Source of the DNA: an uncultured Thermoleophilia bacterium
Lineage (GTDB): Bacteria; Actinomycetota; Thermoleophilia; UBA2241
DNA length: 64,000 bases
Reading direction: 5' to 3'
Assembly (NCBI GenBank): GCA_963702475.1
Contig: CAVPCT010000005.1
Location: 672,001-736,000 of the forward strand
This document shows positions 35,118 through 45,330 of the stretch, piece after piece; position 1 is the first letter of the stretch; the number at the start of each line of letters is the position of its first letter. A model generated the notes under the pieces. It saw only the letters and a list, made by a program, of their open reading frames with translations. It searched no databases and was not told the DNA's origin. The position numbers and the translations under genes were made by a program.

Positions 35118-36809
35118 TCAACGGCGCTGCGCCCGGGCCGCCGGCGCGCTCACCTTGAGCACCTGCGCGGAAGGCGACACCTGCTTGTGCCCGGCCACGT
35201 CGTAGGCCCGCCCGACAACCGTGTACGAGCCGGGCGGCAGATCACAACGGAAGCTCCACTCCCGCGACTGGCCCACCTGCACGCCGGGGACACGGGTGCT
35301 CAGCGCCACGACGCCGTGTCCGCTGACCACGGAGAGCGTGACGGTGGCGCTGGTGCTGGAGAAGGCCGGATCGACGACCCGGTAGCGTACGCGCGCCGTG
35401 CCGCCGCGACGCACCGCCGTCGAGCTCACCTTCACGGTAGGGGCCATGAGGTCGCCGGCACCCTCCGCAGCGACGAACGCCTTGAGGCAGACGTCGGCGT
35501 CGGCGAGCCCCGGCAGCCCCGACAGATCGGTCCACTGCACTCCGTCGGGACTGACGAACGACTGGCCCCGCGCGGATGACGGTGCGATGAGGTCGGACGG
35601 CGTCTCGAGGGCGACCGGCTGGTCGCTGCCCGGAGTGGTGAGCCTGACGGCGACCACGAACACCTCCCCTTCCGCGACGTCCGCGGGGGCGGTGAGATCG
35701 ACCGTGTGGTAACCGCCTACCGGGACCGTGCCGCTCACGGCTGGGTCAACGGTGGCGATGCCCTGGACGGACGGCGCCACGCGCACCTCGAACGAGCTGC
35801 CTGCCATCGGCGCGTAGAAGCCGACGGCCCGGACCTGCCCGGTGCCGGCGGCGCGATAGCGGGCCGCGAACCACGCCGTCTCGGCGCCGACCGCGCCGAC
35901 GTGCATGCTGTCACTCCAGCCCAGTGGGTCGTGCTGGTAGATGGCGTCGTAGTCGGTCGGCGCCTCGGCGGCGCAGAAGACCGCCATGTCGCGCCCGAAG
36001 TTGGCGTCGTGGTAGGAGATCCAGAAGTAGCCCTCGTGACCCCAGTCGGTCCCCCAGCTGTTCTTGATGAGGAAAGCGCCGTCGCCTTCCGGCTCATCGC
36101 GGAACGCGGAGGCGGGAAAGCGGTCGTCCCAGCCGACCACGGTGACGTAGTGGTTGAGGAAGAGTCCCGGACTCGTGGAGCGATAGGCCATGGTGCCCGG
36201 GTCGAGGTACTGGTTGTCGAACGCGATGGCGCACGACACGCCACCCACGGTGGACACGGCCCACTTGAGGGCGTCGTTGTCCAGCGGCCCCATGCGCTCG
36301 GGCAGGAACAGCACATCCTGCACGTGGCGCACAGCTCTGAGCCCTTCGGGCGACCTGCCCTTGCGCGGGTACGGGTCGGAGCGCTCGAGCACCGGGCCGT
36401 CCCAGCGCGTGAAATACGCCGCCGCGAGGCGGTTCGTGCCGTGGCCCTCGAAGACGAGCTTCGACGCCATGTGGTTGGCGAGGTTGTTCTCCGAGAAGTC
36501 GTAGACCTGGTCCGGGAGCAGCGAGGACTCCAGCGATGCGATGGCCGCCTGGATCCAGCAGGTGCTGTAGTTCTCCTGCTGGCGTACCGGAGAGACCCTG
36601 CCCGCGTCGCGCAAGTCGAACGACGCCGGGTAGGGGCCGGCGTCACGCCAGGGAGGAGTCTCGGCCGCCGCCACTGAAGAAACGGCGGCGGCGCCGTGGT
36701 CCGTCGCCGCAGACCACGGTGGCGCGGCCCCCACGACGGCACCCCCCGTGAGGGTGCACGCGACCAGCGCGGCCGCGGCCACGAAGAGGCTGCGCGGCCT
36801 CCAGGTCAC
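35118..36809 (-). CDS. Secreted papain-like (C1) cysteine peptidase with C-terminal beta domains
   Basis: Signal peptide, PASFDLR, Q....TCW, FSENNL, NHYVTVVGW, IKNSWG..WG..GYFWISY. Confidence 0.85.
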   Translation of the reverse strand: MTWRPRSLFVAAAALVACTLTGGAVVGAAPPWSAATDHGAAAVSSVAAAETPPWRDAGPYPASFDLRDAGRVSPVRQQENYSTCWIQAAIASLESSLLPDQVYDFSENNLANHMASKLVFEGHGTNRLAAAYFTRWDGPVLERSDPYPRKGRSPEGLRAVRHVQDVLFLPERMGPLDNDALKWAVSTVGGVSCAIAFDNQYLDPGTMAYRSTSPGLFLNHYVTVVGWDDRFPASAFRDEPEGDGAFLIKNSWGTDWGHEGYFWISYHDANFGRDMAVFCAAEAPTDYDAIYQHDPLGWSDSMHVGAVGAETAWFAARYRAAGTGQVRAVGFYAPMAGSSFEVRVAPSVQGIATVDPAVSGTVPVGGYHTVDLTAPADVAEGEVFVVAVRLTTPGSDQPVALETPSDLIAPSSARGQSFVSPDGVQWTDLSGLPGLADADVCLKAFVAAEGAGDLMAPTVKVSSTAVRRGGTARVRYRVVDPAFSSTSATVTLSVVSGHGVVALSTRVPGVQVGQSREWSFRCDLPPGSYTVVGRAYDVAGHKQVSPSAQVLKVSAPAARAQRR

Positions 36810-36977
36810 GCTTCACCCTGTCCGGGCGGATAGGTCATACAGCCACCTTATCCGCGCAGTCCGAGGGCAAGTCAAGCGCCGCCGCTCGCCGGCGCCGCCG
36901 GCCGGACGCCGCGCGAGCGGCTGGTCCGCCGCCCGCGGTGTCGCAGGCGGGCGCCCGCATCGTAGGATGGGTCCACC

Positions 36978-38378
36978 ATGAGAGGTACGAAGGAGACAAG
37001 GCGGCTGCGCCGCCGGCTGCTCGTCGCGCTGCTCGTGGCCGTGGCGGCCGCGGCGGGGGCCGGGCTGCGCCCGGCCGTGGCCGCGGCGGGCGTCGCCGCG
37101 AAGACGCAGGCAATCCTCCAGAAGAACGGCTTCCGCGGCGGCCTCACCGGCGTCGTCATCTGGGACTTCAGCGCCGGCCGCCTCGTCTATGAGCTCAACA
37201 AGGACGTGATGCTGGCGCCGGCGTCCAACATGAAACTGGTCACCACGCTCTCGGCGCTGACCACCTGGGGCCCCGACCACCGCTTCAAGACCGAGCTGTA
37301 CGGCCCGGACGCGGAGGTGTCCAGCGACGGCGTGCTCGTCGGCGACCTGTACCTCAAGGGCTTCGGCGACCCCAGTCTGTCCACGCGCGACTACCAGCGC
37401 CGCGAGCTCGGGTTCAGGACGGCGTCGTTCGAGAACTTCGCCAAGCGCCTCAAGACGCTCAAGGTGCGCAGGCTCAAGGGCCGCGTGCTCGGGGACGAGA
37501 GCTACTTCGACACCGTGCGCGACGGGCCCACCTGGACCCCGAACCTGCAGCTCGAGAGCGGCACGCTCTCGGCGCTCAGCGGCAACGAGAGCGTGGAGGA
37601 CGGTAGACGGGTCCGTGACCCGGCGCTGTACGCGGCCCGGCTGATGACGCAGGCCCTGCGTGCCCGGGGCATCAAGGTCACGGGAGACCCCGGGGTCGGC
37701 ACGGTGCCCGACACGGCGCGGCTGTACAAGCAGCAGTTCTCCGCGCCGCTCGCGACCCTGCTCAAGCGCCTGGACAAGAACAGCGACAACTTCTTCGCCG
37801 AGATCATCACCAAGGGGTTCGGCAAGCAGGTGATGGGTGTGGGCAGCACCCAGGCCGGCCTGGACGTGTCGCGGCGGACGATGGACGCGATGGGCCGCGA
37901 CCCGGCCTCCTTCGTGCTCGTGGACGGGTCGGGGCTGAGCTACCAGAACCGGCTGACGGCCGCCGGCCTCGCAGTGCTCCTCGGCGCCGCCCGCCAGCGC
38001 ACCGATACGGACGTCTTCTACGACGCCCTCGCCATCGCCGGCGAGGACGGCACGCTGGCGTGGCGCATGGACCACACCGCCGCACAGGGCAACGCCCGCG
38101 CCAAAACGGGGACGCTGTCCATCTCCGTATGTCTCTCGGGCTACGTGACCAGCGCCAACGGGCACAAGATCGGCTACGCCATGCTGCTGGGCGGCGACCC
38201 CGTCGACTGGTACCGGGGCGAGGTCGCCCAGGACCAGGTCGTGGTCATGCTGGCGAAGTCACGTCTGCCCGGCCGCAAAGGGGCGCGCATCTCCCCCACC
38301 ACCCGTCAGATCCCGGTGGGGCCGTCAGACCCCGTTAACCCGGTGGGCGGCTTCCTCGAGCCCGTCGTCCAGCCATAG
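36978..38378 (+). CDS. dacB: D-alanyl-D-alanine carboxypeptidase/endopeptidase (S13, PBP4)
   Basis: PASNMK, GFGDP, SDN, DGSGLS, KTGT. Confidence 0.92.
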   Translation: MRGTKETRRLRRRLLVALLVAVAAAAGAGLRPAVAAAGVAAKTQAILQKNGFRGGLTGVVIWDFSAGRLVYELNKDVMLAPASNMKLVTTLSALTTWGPDHRFKTELYGPDAEVSSDGVLVGDLYLKGFGDPSLSTRDYQRRELGFRTASFENFAKRLKTLKVRRLKGRVLGDESYFDTVRDGPTWTPNLQLESGTLSALSGNESVEDGRRVRDPALYAARLMTQALRARGIKVTGDPGVGTVPDTARLYKQQFSAPLATLLKRLDKNSDNFFAEIITKGFGKQVMGVGSTQAGLDVSRRTMDAMGRDPASFVLVDGSGLSYQNRLTAAGLAVLLGAARQRTDTDVFYDALAIAGEDGTLAWRMDHTAAQGNARAKTGTLSISVCLSGYVTSANGHKIGYAMLLGGDPVDWYRGEVAQDQVVVMLAKSRLPGRKGARISPTTRQIPVGPSDPVNPVGGFLEPVVQP

Positions 38379-38918
38379 CTCAACGGCGTCGGCCGCCGCC
38401 GCCGTGAGGGTGTCGACCTCGGCGCGGCTCTCGCGGAAGGGGCTGAGCACGAAGTCGGCCACCACGTCGGGGTCGGTGCTCGGCGGCCGGTTCACCCCCA
38501 CGCGCAGACGTGCGTAGCCGGCGCCGATGAGGCCGGTGATGCTCTTCAGGCCGTTGTGGCCGCCGCTGCCGCCGCCCTCCATGAGCCGCAGGCGGCCGAA
38601 CGGCAGGTCGATGTGGTCGTGAACGACGAGGATGCGGTCGAGCGGCAGCTTGAGGGCGCGCAGCGCTGCGGCCACGCTGCGGCCCGAGTCGTTCATGAAC
38701 GTGGTGGGCTGCAGCAACAGGACGGACCGGCCGCGCACGAGGCCTTCGGCCACGCGGCCGTCGAAGCCCCTTGTGGCGCGGGGGTAGCGGTGCCGCCGCG
38801 CCAGTTCCTCCACGACGCGGTAGCCGATGTTGTGCGGCGTGCCCTCGTACGTCGGCCCGGGATTTCCCAGGCCGACGACGAGGTACTCGATGCCGTGCTG
38901 CGGGCGAAAGAGCGCCAC
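38325..38918 (-). CDS. pth: Peptidyl-tRNA hydrolase
   Basis: VVGLGNPG, HNIG, TFMNDSG, GGHNGLKS. Confidence 0.95.
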   Translation of the reverse strand: MALFRPQHGIEYLVVGLGNPGPTYEGTPHNIGYRVVEELARRHRYPRATRGFDGRVAEGLVRGRSVLLLQPTTFMNDSGRSVAAALRALKLPLDRILVVHDHIDLPFGRLRLMEGGGSGGHNGLKSITGLIGAGYARLRVGVNRPPSTDPDVVADFVLSPFRESRAEVDTLTAAAADAVELWLDDGLEEAAHRVNGV

Positions 38919-38956
38919 GGCGGAGTCGCCTCAGGCGACGCGCCCGAGAGGGCCTC

Positions 38957-39613
38957 TCAGCCCTCGCCCCCCTGAGCCTCGGCGCCCTTGCCGACGATCT
39001 CCGGCTCGGCCGCCGCGGCCTCCTCCTCGCCCTCCTCGCCCTCGACAGCGGCGCCGCGCGGCGGGATGACCGAGCACAGGACCTCGTCCGGGTCGGCGAT
39101 GATCTCGAGGTCCTCGGGCACCCGCAGCTCACTGACCTTGGCGGTCTGGCCCATTGCCAGCTCGGAGATGTCGAGCACGAGGTGATCAGGGATGGCCGTG
39201 ACCTTGCCCTTGACGGTGACTTCGCGGATGGCCTCCTCGAGCATGCCGCCGGCCTTGACGCCGGGGGACTCGCCCTCGAAGCGCACCGACACCGTGGTCT
39301 CGATGGTCTCGTCCAGGCGGATCTCCTGCAGGTCGACGTGGGTCACCGTGCTCTTGACGGCGTCGTGCTGCATCTCCTTGACGATGGCCTTGTGGGCGCG
39401 CTTGTGGCCGGCGATGGTGACGTCGAGCACGGCGTGGCGGCCGGCCTCGGTGCCCAGCGCCAGGCGGAAGTCGTGCGGGTCGATGGCGATGAGCGTGGCG
39501 CTCTTGCCGTGGCCGTAGAGCACGCCGGGGATGAGTCCGGCGTGACGCAGGCGTCGCGCCGAGCGGCTGCCGGTGGTGTCGCGCGGCTGCACGACGAGGC
39601 TGAACTTGTCCAT
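38957..39613 (-). CDS. rplY: 50S ribosomal protein L25/CTC
   Basis: RRLR..GLIPGVLYG, HVDL, GVKAGG, acidic tail. Confidence 0.95.
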   Translation of the reverse strand: MDKFSLVVQPRDTTGSRSARRLRHAGLIPGVLYGHGKSATLIAIDPHDFRLALGTEAGRHAVLDVTIAGHKRAHKAIVKEMQHDAVKSTVTHVDLQEIRLDETIETTVSVRFEGESPGVKAGGMLEEAIREVTVKGKVTAIPDHLVLDISELAMGQTAKVSELRVPEDLEIIADPDEVLCSVIPPRGAAVEGEEGEEEAAAAEPEIVGKGAEAQGGEG

Positions 39614-39623
39614 TGGTCGTCTC

Positions 39624-40625
39624 CTAGAAAAGCTGGTTCTCGCCGGCGAACAGCTCGCTCACCGACTCGTCTTCGAACACGTTCTTGATGGTGCTGGCCA
39701 GGGTGTCGGCCACCGAGAGCACCTTGATCTTGCCGTCGAGGGGGCCGGGGTTCACGGGCACCGTGTCGGTGACCACGACCTCCTTGACGGGCGACTCGCG
39801 CAGTCGCTCGAATGCCGGCGGCGAGAAGACGCCGTGCGTGGCCGTCACGTAGACCTCGCAGGCGCCGTTGTCGTACAGGGTCTGTACGGCGTTCACCACA
39901 GAGCCGCCGGTGTCGATCATGTCGTCCACGACGACGGCGATCTTGTCGCGCACGTCGCCGATGAAGTGCATGGTCTCGGCGCGGTTGTGCTCGGGGCGCA
40001 TCTTCGTGAGGACCGCGAGGCCCGTGCCGGGTAGCCGGTTGATGAACCGCTTGGCGAGCTTGACCCCGCCGGCGTCGGCGGAGACGCCGACGATCTGGCG
40101 GCCGCCGAAGTCCTTGTAGCGGAAGTAGTCGGCGAGCATGGGCACGGCGGTCATGTGATCCACGGGGATGGTGAAGAACCCCTGGATCTGGCCCTGATGC
40201 AGGTCCATGGAGAGCACCCGGTCGGCTCCGGCGGCCTCGAGCAGCGTGGCCATGAGGCGCGCGGTGATCGGTTCGCGCGAGGCGCTCTTCTTGTCCTGCC
40301 GGGAGTACGGGAAATAAGGGATGACGGCGGTGACGCGACGGGCCGAGGCCAGCTTGGCGGCCTGGATCATGATGAGTAGCTCCATGACCTCGTCGTTGAT
40401 GTGGCCCTTGCCGCACGGGGACGTGACGATGAAGAGGTCGGTGCCGCGCACGTTCTCCTCGTAGCGCGCGTAGATCTCGCCGTTGGCGAACGTCTCCAGC
40501 TGCACGCCGCCGAGCTGGATGTCCAGCTTCTCGGCGATCTTCTCCGCGAGAGCCTGGTTGCTGCGCCCCGCGAAGAGCTTGAGGCGCTTCTGTGTGGTGA
40601 TCACGCAGCAGGAGGAATCGGCCAC
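39624..40625 (-). CDS. prs: Ribose-phosphate pyrophosphokinase
   Basis: FANGE, PYSRQDKK, DLHQGQIQGFF, DDMIDTGGS. Confidence 0.96.
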   Translation of the reverse strand: MADSSCCVITTQKRLKLFAGRSNQALAEKIAEKLDIQLGGVQLETFANGEIYARYEENVRGTDLFIVTSPCGKGHINDEVMELLIMIQAAKLASARRVTAVIPYFPYSRQDKKSASREPITARLMATLLEAAGADRVLSMDLHQGQIQGFFTIPVDHMTAVPMLADYFRYKDFGGRQIVGVSADAGGVKLAKRFINRLPGTGLAVLTKMRPEHNRAETMHFIGDVRDKIAVVVDDMIDTGGSVVNAVQTLYDNGACEVYVTATHGVFSPPAFERLRESPVKEVVVTDTVPVNPGPLDGKIKVLSVADTLASTIKNVFEDESVSELFAGENQLF

Positions 40626-40698
40626 CTCGTCCCCTTCCGTGGTCTGACGCCGGCCGAACTGGGATTGTACCAGAGTGAGGACGCCGGGCCCGCGGGCC

Positions 40699-42123
40699 TC
40701 AGGCGTCCTCCCCGCTCTCCTCGAGGAGCCGGCGCGCCGCCCGGCGCTGCGCGTACCCCTCGACGTTCTCCTGCCGGCCGCGCGCCACACCCAGCGCGCC
40801 CGGGGGCACGTCTCGGGTGATCACCGAGCCGGCGGCGGTGAAGGCGCCGTCGCCGAGGGTGACCGGCGCAACCAGCGTGGTGTCGCTGCCGGTGCGCACC
40901 CCGTCGCCGATGGTGGTGGCGTGCTTCTCGAAGCCGTCGTAGTTGGCGGTGATGTTGCCGGCGGCGATGTTGCTGTCGCGGCCGACCACCGCGTCGCCGA
41001 CGTAGCTGAGGTGTGGCACCTTGCTGCCCTCGCCGATGCGGCTGTTCTTGATCTCAACGAACGTGCCCGCCTTGGCGCCCTCGGCGAGCACGGTGTTCGG
41101 GCGGATGAACGCGTAGGGACCGACGCTGCAGTTGGAGCCGATCACGCACTCCGACAGGTTGGAGCTGACCACACGGGCGCAGTCGCCGACGAAGGCGTCG
41201 CGGAGGAAGGCGCCGGGGCCGATCTCGCAGGCGGCGCCGATGGTGGTGCGGCCGAGAAGGTGGGTGCCGGCGCGCACGAGGGTGTCGCGGCCCACCTCCA
41301 CGCCCCAGTCGACGTAGGTGGTGGCGGGGTCCTCGACGGTGACGCCGGCGAGCATGAGGCGCTCGAGCAGACGCCGCCGCATGGCGGCGTTGACGAGCGC
41401 CAGTTCCACGCGCGAGTTGACGCCCATGCACATCTCGGCGTCGTCGCTCTCGTGCGCCACAACGGTGTGCTCGGCGTCGAGGAGCAGGTGCACGACGTCG
41501 GTGAGGTACAGCTCGCCCTGGTCGTTGTCGCCGGTGAGGCGCTGCAGCGCCGGTCGCAGAGCGTCGGACCGAAAGACGTACAGGCCCACGTTGATCTCTT
41601 CGATGGCGCGCTCCGCCGCGTCGGCGTCGCGGTATTCGACGATCCGCGCCACGAGGCCGGCGTCGTCGCGGACCACGCGGCCGTACTGGGCGGGGTCGTC
41701 GAGGCGTACCGTGGTGAGCGTGGCGGCGGCATCGGCCTCGAGGTGCGTGCGCGCGAGAGACTCGACGAAATCCGCGTGCACCAGCGGGACGTCACCGTAG
41801 AGCACCATGACATCGCCTGCGAAGTCGTGCAGGGGCTCGAGCCCGGCGCGCACGGCGTCGCCGGTACCGCGCCGCTCCAGCTGTACCGCGCGTTCGCAGC
41901 CTACCGGCAGGATCTCGGCGATGGCGTCCTGGTCGGGACCGGTGACGACCACGATGCGCGCCGGCGAGACGCGCAGGGTCGCGTCGATGACGTACGACAG
42001 CATGGGCCGCCCGCATACCTGGTGGAGCACCTTGGGGGCCTCGGATTTCATGCGGGTGCCGAGGCCGGCGGCGAGGATGACCACGGCGAGCGGCGGGCGG
42101 CTGGCGGTGGAGTCGTGTGTCAT
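40699..42123 (-). CDS. glmU: Bifunctional UDP-GlcNAc pyrophosphorylase/glucosamine-1-phosphate acetyltransferase
   Basis: LAAGLGTRMKS, GDVP, ELYLTD, hexapeptide repeats, HLSYVGDA, NYDG. Confidence 0.96.
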   Translation of the reverse strand: MTHDSTASRPPLAVVILAAGLGTRMKSEAPKVLHQVCGRPMLSYVIDATLRVSPARIVVVTGPDQDAIAEILPVGCERAVQLERRGTGDAVRAGLEPLHDFAGDVMVLYGDVPLVHADFVESLARTHLEADAAATLTTVRLDDPAQYGRVVRDDAGLVARIVEYRDADAAERAIEEINVGLYVFRSDALRPALQRLTGDNDQGELYLTDVVHLLLDAEHTVVAHESDDAEMCMGVNSRVELALVNAAMRRRLLERLMLAGVTVEDPATTYVDWGVEVGRDTLVRAGTHLLGRTTIGAACEIGPGAFLRDAFVGDCARVVSSNLSECVIGSNCSVGPYAFIRPNTVLAEGAKAGTFVEIKNSRIGEGSKVPHLSYVGDAVVGRDSNIAAGNITANYDGFEKHATTIGDGVRTGSDTTLVAPVTLGDGAFTAAGSVITRDVPPGALGVARGRQENVEGYAQRRAARRLLEESGEDA

Positions 42124-42169
42124 GTGCGTCACCTGACGGCGGTGAAGGCGCGGCTGCGCGTTGTGCTGG

Positions 42170-42244
42170 TGGCTGGGGCGGGAGGATTCGAACCTCCGGA
42201 TGCCGGGACCAAAACCCGGTGCCTTACCACTTGGCTACGCCCCA
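42170..42244 (-). tRNA. tRNA-Gln(UUG)
   Basis: TGGGGCGTAGCCAAGTGGTAAGGCACCGGGTTTTGGTCCCGG..GGTTCGAATCC..CCA; usual actinobacterial position upstream of glmU. Confidence 0.95.
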
Positions 42245-42311
42245 GCGTGATTCGGGGCGCCGCGGGGCGACGGGCGAGGAGCCGGCCGCCGCTCAGCGGC
42301 AGGCTATTGTA

Positions 42312-43427
42312 TCACCGCCTGCCGGCCGCGCCGCCGGGGCCGCCTGGACGACGGCGGCCGGACGCGCCGCCGGGCGCGCCCTTGCCGGGGCCACCCCCTG
42401 CCGGCCGGCGTTGCGCGCCGGCGGACGGCTTGCCGGAGACGGCGCCTCCCGCTTTGCCGGCGCCGCCGGCTGTGCCGCCGCTCCCGCGGCGGGCGCCGGG
42501 TTGCAGGTCGCCGGCGACCCAGGCGCGCGCGGGGGCGACGGCGGCGCGCGCCTCAGCGGCCGCGTCGGCGTCCGCGAAGAGGCCGAACACCGCGGACCCG
42601 CTGCCGGTCATGGCCGCGGCCAGCGCCCCCGCCGCCTCGAGCCGGCGGCACAGCTCCGCGACCTCCGGCTTGCGCGCCGTCACGCTGGCCTGCAGATCGT
42701 TGTGCACGAGCGCCGCCACGTCGGCGGCCGTCCCGGCCGCCTGGATCTGCGCCGACAGCACCCGCGCGCGCAGCGCGAACTCCTTGAGCGCGGGCTGCGC
42801 GTCCTCGTCGCGCCAGCCGTACACGGCCGCCGTGCTGAGCGCGAGCTCCGGCAGCGCGACGACGAACACGAGCTCGGGGAGCGCGACCTCTTTGAGCACC
42901 TGGCCGCGGCCCATGGCCAGCTGGGGACCGGGCCAGAGGAAGAAGGGCACGTCCGAGCCCACCTCGGCCGCCACTTCGTGGCGGACCTTGTCGGAGAGAC
43001 CGAGGGCGAAGAGCTCCTCGAGTGCGGTGAGCGTGGCGGCGGCGTCCGAGCTGCCCCCGCCCAGGCCGCCGCCGTGCGGCACGCGCTTCTCGATCGTCAC
43101 CCTCACCTCGAAGCTCCGCTCCAGGCGCCGCTCCAGCTCCCGGACGAGCTTCGCGGCCAGGTTCTGCTCGCCGGGCGCGACCTCGCACACGACCTCGAGC
43201 CCGCTGCCGGGAGTGCGTTCCACACGCACCCGGTCGGCGAGCGTGATGGGCACCATGACTGAGGCGATCTCGTGGAAGCCGTCGGGGCGCAGCGGCCCGA
43301 CCAGCAGCGCCAGATTGAGCTTCGCCGGCGCCGTGACCTCGACCAGCGCGCGCGTACCGTTCCCGCTCGCTGGGTGGTGCTGCTGCACCGCACCGTTCGC
43401 CGAGCCCGCTTCGTCGCTGCGCGTCAT
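42312..43427 (-). CDS. ispE: 4-diphosphocytidyl-2-C-methyl-D-erythritol kinase
   Basis: APAKLNL, DGFHEI, GGLGGGSSDAA, GSDVPF, MTGSGS. Confidence 0.95.
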   Translation of the reverse strand: MTRSDEAGSANGAVQQHHPASGNGTRALVEVTAPAKLNLALLVGPLRPDGFHEIASVMVPITLADRVRVERTPGSGLEVVCEVAPGEQNLAAKLVRELERRLERSFEVRVTIEKRVPHGGGLGGGSSDAAATLTALEELFALGLSDKVRHEVAAEVGSDVPFFLWPGPQLAMGRGQVLKEVALPELVFVVALPELALSTAAVYGWRDEDAQPALKEFALRARVLSAQIQAAGTAADVAALVHNDLQASVTARKPEVAELCRRLEAAGALAAAMTGSGSAVFGLFADADAAAEARAAVAPARAWVAGDLQPGARRGSGGTAGGAGKAGGAVSGKPSAGAQRRPAGGGPGKGAPGGASGRRRPGGPGGAAGRR

Positions 43428-44413
43428 GCGCCGACCTCCGTGTCCGATGATGGCACGACGTGGCCGGGTGGCGGGACGTCGCCTCCGCCTGGCGCGCTGC
43501 TCCCGGCCGCCGCAGGCAGCCAACCGGTGAGCCGGGCGAACGCCGCCCAGCGGCCCGGTGACAGCTCCTCGGGCCGGGCCGAGGCGGTCAGGCCGAGCTC
43601 CGCGAGGGCGCGACGCACGGCGTCACGCGAGAGCGTGACGCCGCCACGCGCCGCGCCGGCCAGCGTGTTGGTGAGGACCTTGCGGCGCTGCCCGAAAGCG
43701 AGACGGACGAGCCGGTCCACGGCCTCGTACTCGGCCGGCGAGAGAAGGGCGAGGTCACCGAGAGTCCCGTCGCCCGGCTCCGCGGCGCGAGCCGGCCGCC
43801 CGTCGCCCGGCTCTCGCCGCACGAACGTGACGAAGCACGACTCGACGCGCGGCCGCGGACGGAAGGCGGAGGCGGGCACCGCCCGCGTCTCGACCCGGCG
43901 ACAGACGAGCTGCACCAGGACGGAGACGGCCGCGTACGCCTTGGTGGACGGCTCCGCGAAGAGGCGCTCGGCCAGTTCCCGCTGCACCATCACTCCCCAG
44001 CGTCGTACCGAGGGCAGCTCGGCGATGCTGGTCATGATCAGCGGGATGGCGATGTTGTAGGCGAGATTGGCCACGAGCGCCGTGGGCGCCGGGTCGAGGG
44101 CGGTGAGGTCGGCTTTGAGCGCGTCGCCCTCGTGCACGCGCAGGTTGGGGTGCTCGGCCGCGAGGCGCGCGAGGCGCGCGTGATAGCGGCGGTCGATCTC
44201 GAACGCGTGCACCAGCGACGCGCGCTGCAACAGGGGCCGCGTGAGCTGGCCGTCGGCGGCCCCCACCTCGAGCACCACGTCGTCGGGCGCCACCGCGGCC
44301 TGCGCCACGATGGCGGCGAGGATGTTGCGGTCCACAAGGTGGTTCTGGCCGTACCGCCGCAGCGCGTGCGGACGCGGCGGGCGACCGCGATCTGGAGGTG
44401 CGTCCGGCATCAC
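43424..44413 (-). CDS. rsmA: 16S rRNA adenine dimethyltransferase
   Basis: GQNHL, VLEVG, EID, ANLAYNI, MVQRE, FRPRPRVES, QRRK. Confidence 0.92.
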   Translation of the reverse strand: MMPDAPPDRGRPPRPHALRRYGQNHLVDRNILAAIVAQAAVAPDDVVLEVGAADGQLTRPLLQRASLVHAFEIDRRYHARLARLAAEHPNLRVHEGDALKADLTALDPAPTALVANLAYNIAIPLIMTSIAELPSVRRWGVMVQRELAERLFAEPSTKAYAAVSVLVQLVCRRVETRAVPASAFRPRPRVESCFVTFVRREPGDGRPARAAEPGDGTLGDLALLSPAEYEAVDRLVRLAFGQRRKVLTNTLAGAARGGVTLSRDAVRRALAELGLTASARPEELSPGRWAAFARLTGWLPAAAGSSAPGGGDVPPPGHVVPSSDTEVGA

Positions 44414-44527
44414 GACCCGGCTTTCGGCCCGGCCGGCCGCCTCGGGCGCGGCCCCAGCGCGCGCACCACGCGCGGCCGGGCCCCGCCGGGGCAGGCGCCT
44501 TCGCCGGCGCCGGGCCCGCCGGCCACG

Positions 44528-45292
44528 TCAGTCACTCTCCGGCAGGCCGAAGGCGCGCCGCGCGTTCGCCGTGGTCACCTCGGCGAGGCGGGCGGCGTCC
44601 CAGCCGCGGACCTCGGCCACGACCGCCGCGGTGTGCGTCACCCAGGCGGGCACGTTGCTGTTGCCGCGGTTCGGCACCGGCGCCAGGAACGGCGCGTCAG
44701 TCTCCAACAGGAGGCGGTCCTCGCGCACCCGAGCCGCGGCCTCACGCAGCGGCGCCGCGTTCTTGTACGTGACGTTGCCGGCGAAGCTGCTGTAGTAGCC
44801 GCGTGAGTTGCACTCGTCCACGTGCTGCGGCAGCGAGAAGCAGTGCATCACGACTATCAGGCCCTCGGCCTCCTCCGCGAGCTGCGCTATGGCCTCGTCC
44901 CCGGCCTCGCGCACGTGCACGACGAGGGGAAGCCCGGCGCGGCGGGCAAGCGCGATCTGCGCGCTGAAGGCCCGCGCCTGTGCGTCGCGCGGCGAGAGGT
45001 CGCGGTAGAAGTCCAGACCGCACTCGCCGACGGCGACCACGCGCGGGTGGGCGGCGAGCGCTTCCAGCTCGACGAGCAGCGCGCCGTCCAGCGCCGCGGC
45101 ATCGTGCGGGTGCAGGCCCACGGTGGCCCACACGCCATCCAGCTCCTCGGCGAGCGCGATGGCCCTGCGCGTGCTCTCCAGGTCGATGCCGATGGTGACG
45201 ATCGTCCCGACCCCGGCCTCGTGAGCCTCTGCGACCGCGACGGCCGGCCGGTCGATCATCTCGAGGTGGCAGTGCGTGTCGATCAGCGGCAT
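44528..45292 (-). CDS. tatD: TatD family nuclease/hydrolase
   Basis: DTHCH, GLHPH, VGECGLD, HCF, ETDAPFLAP. Confidence 0.93.
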   Translation of the reverse strand: MPLIDTHCHLEMIDRPAVAVAEAHEAGVGTIVTIGIDLESTRRAIALAEELDGVWATVGLHPHDAAALDGALLVELEALAAHPRVVAVGECGLDFYRDLSPRDAQARAFSAQIALARRAGLPLVVHVREAGDEAIAQLAEEAEGLIVVMHCFSLPQHVDECNSRGYYSSFAGNVTYKNAAPLREAAARVREDRLLLETDAPFLAPVPNRGNSNVPAWVTHTAAVVAEVRGWDAARLAEVTTANARRAFGLPESD

Positions 45293-45330
45293 GGCCGACT
45301 CCGGCCGCGGCCCGGGCGGTGCGCCCCGGC

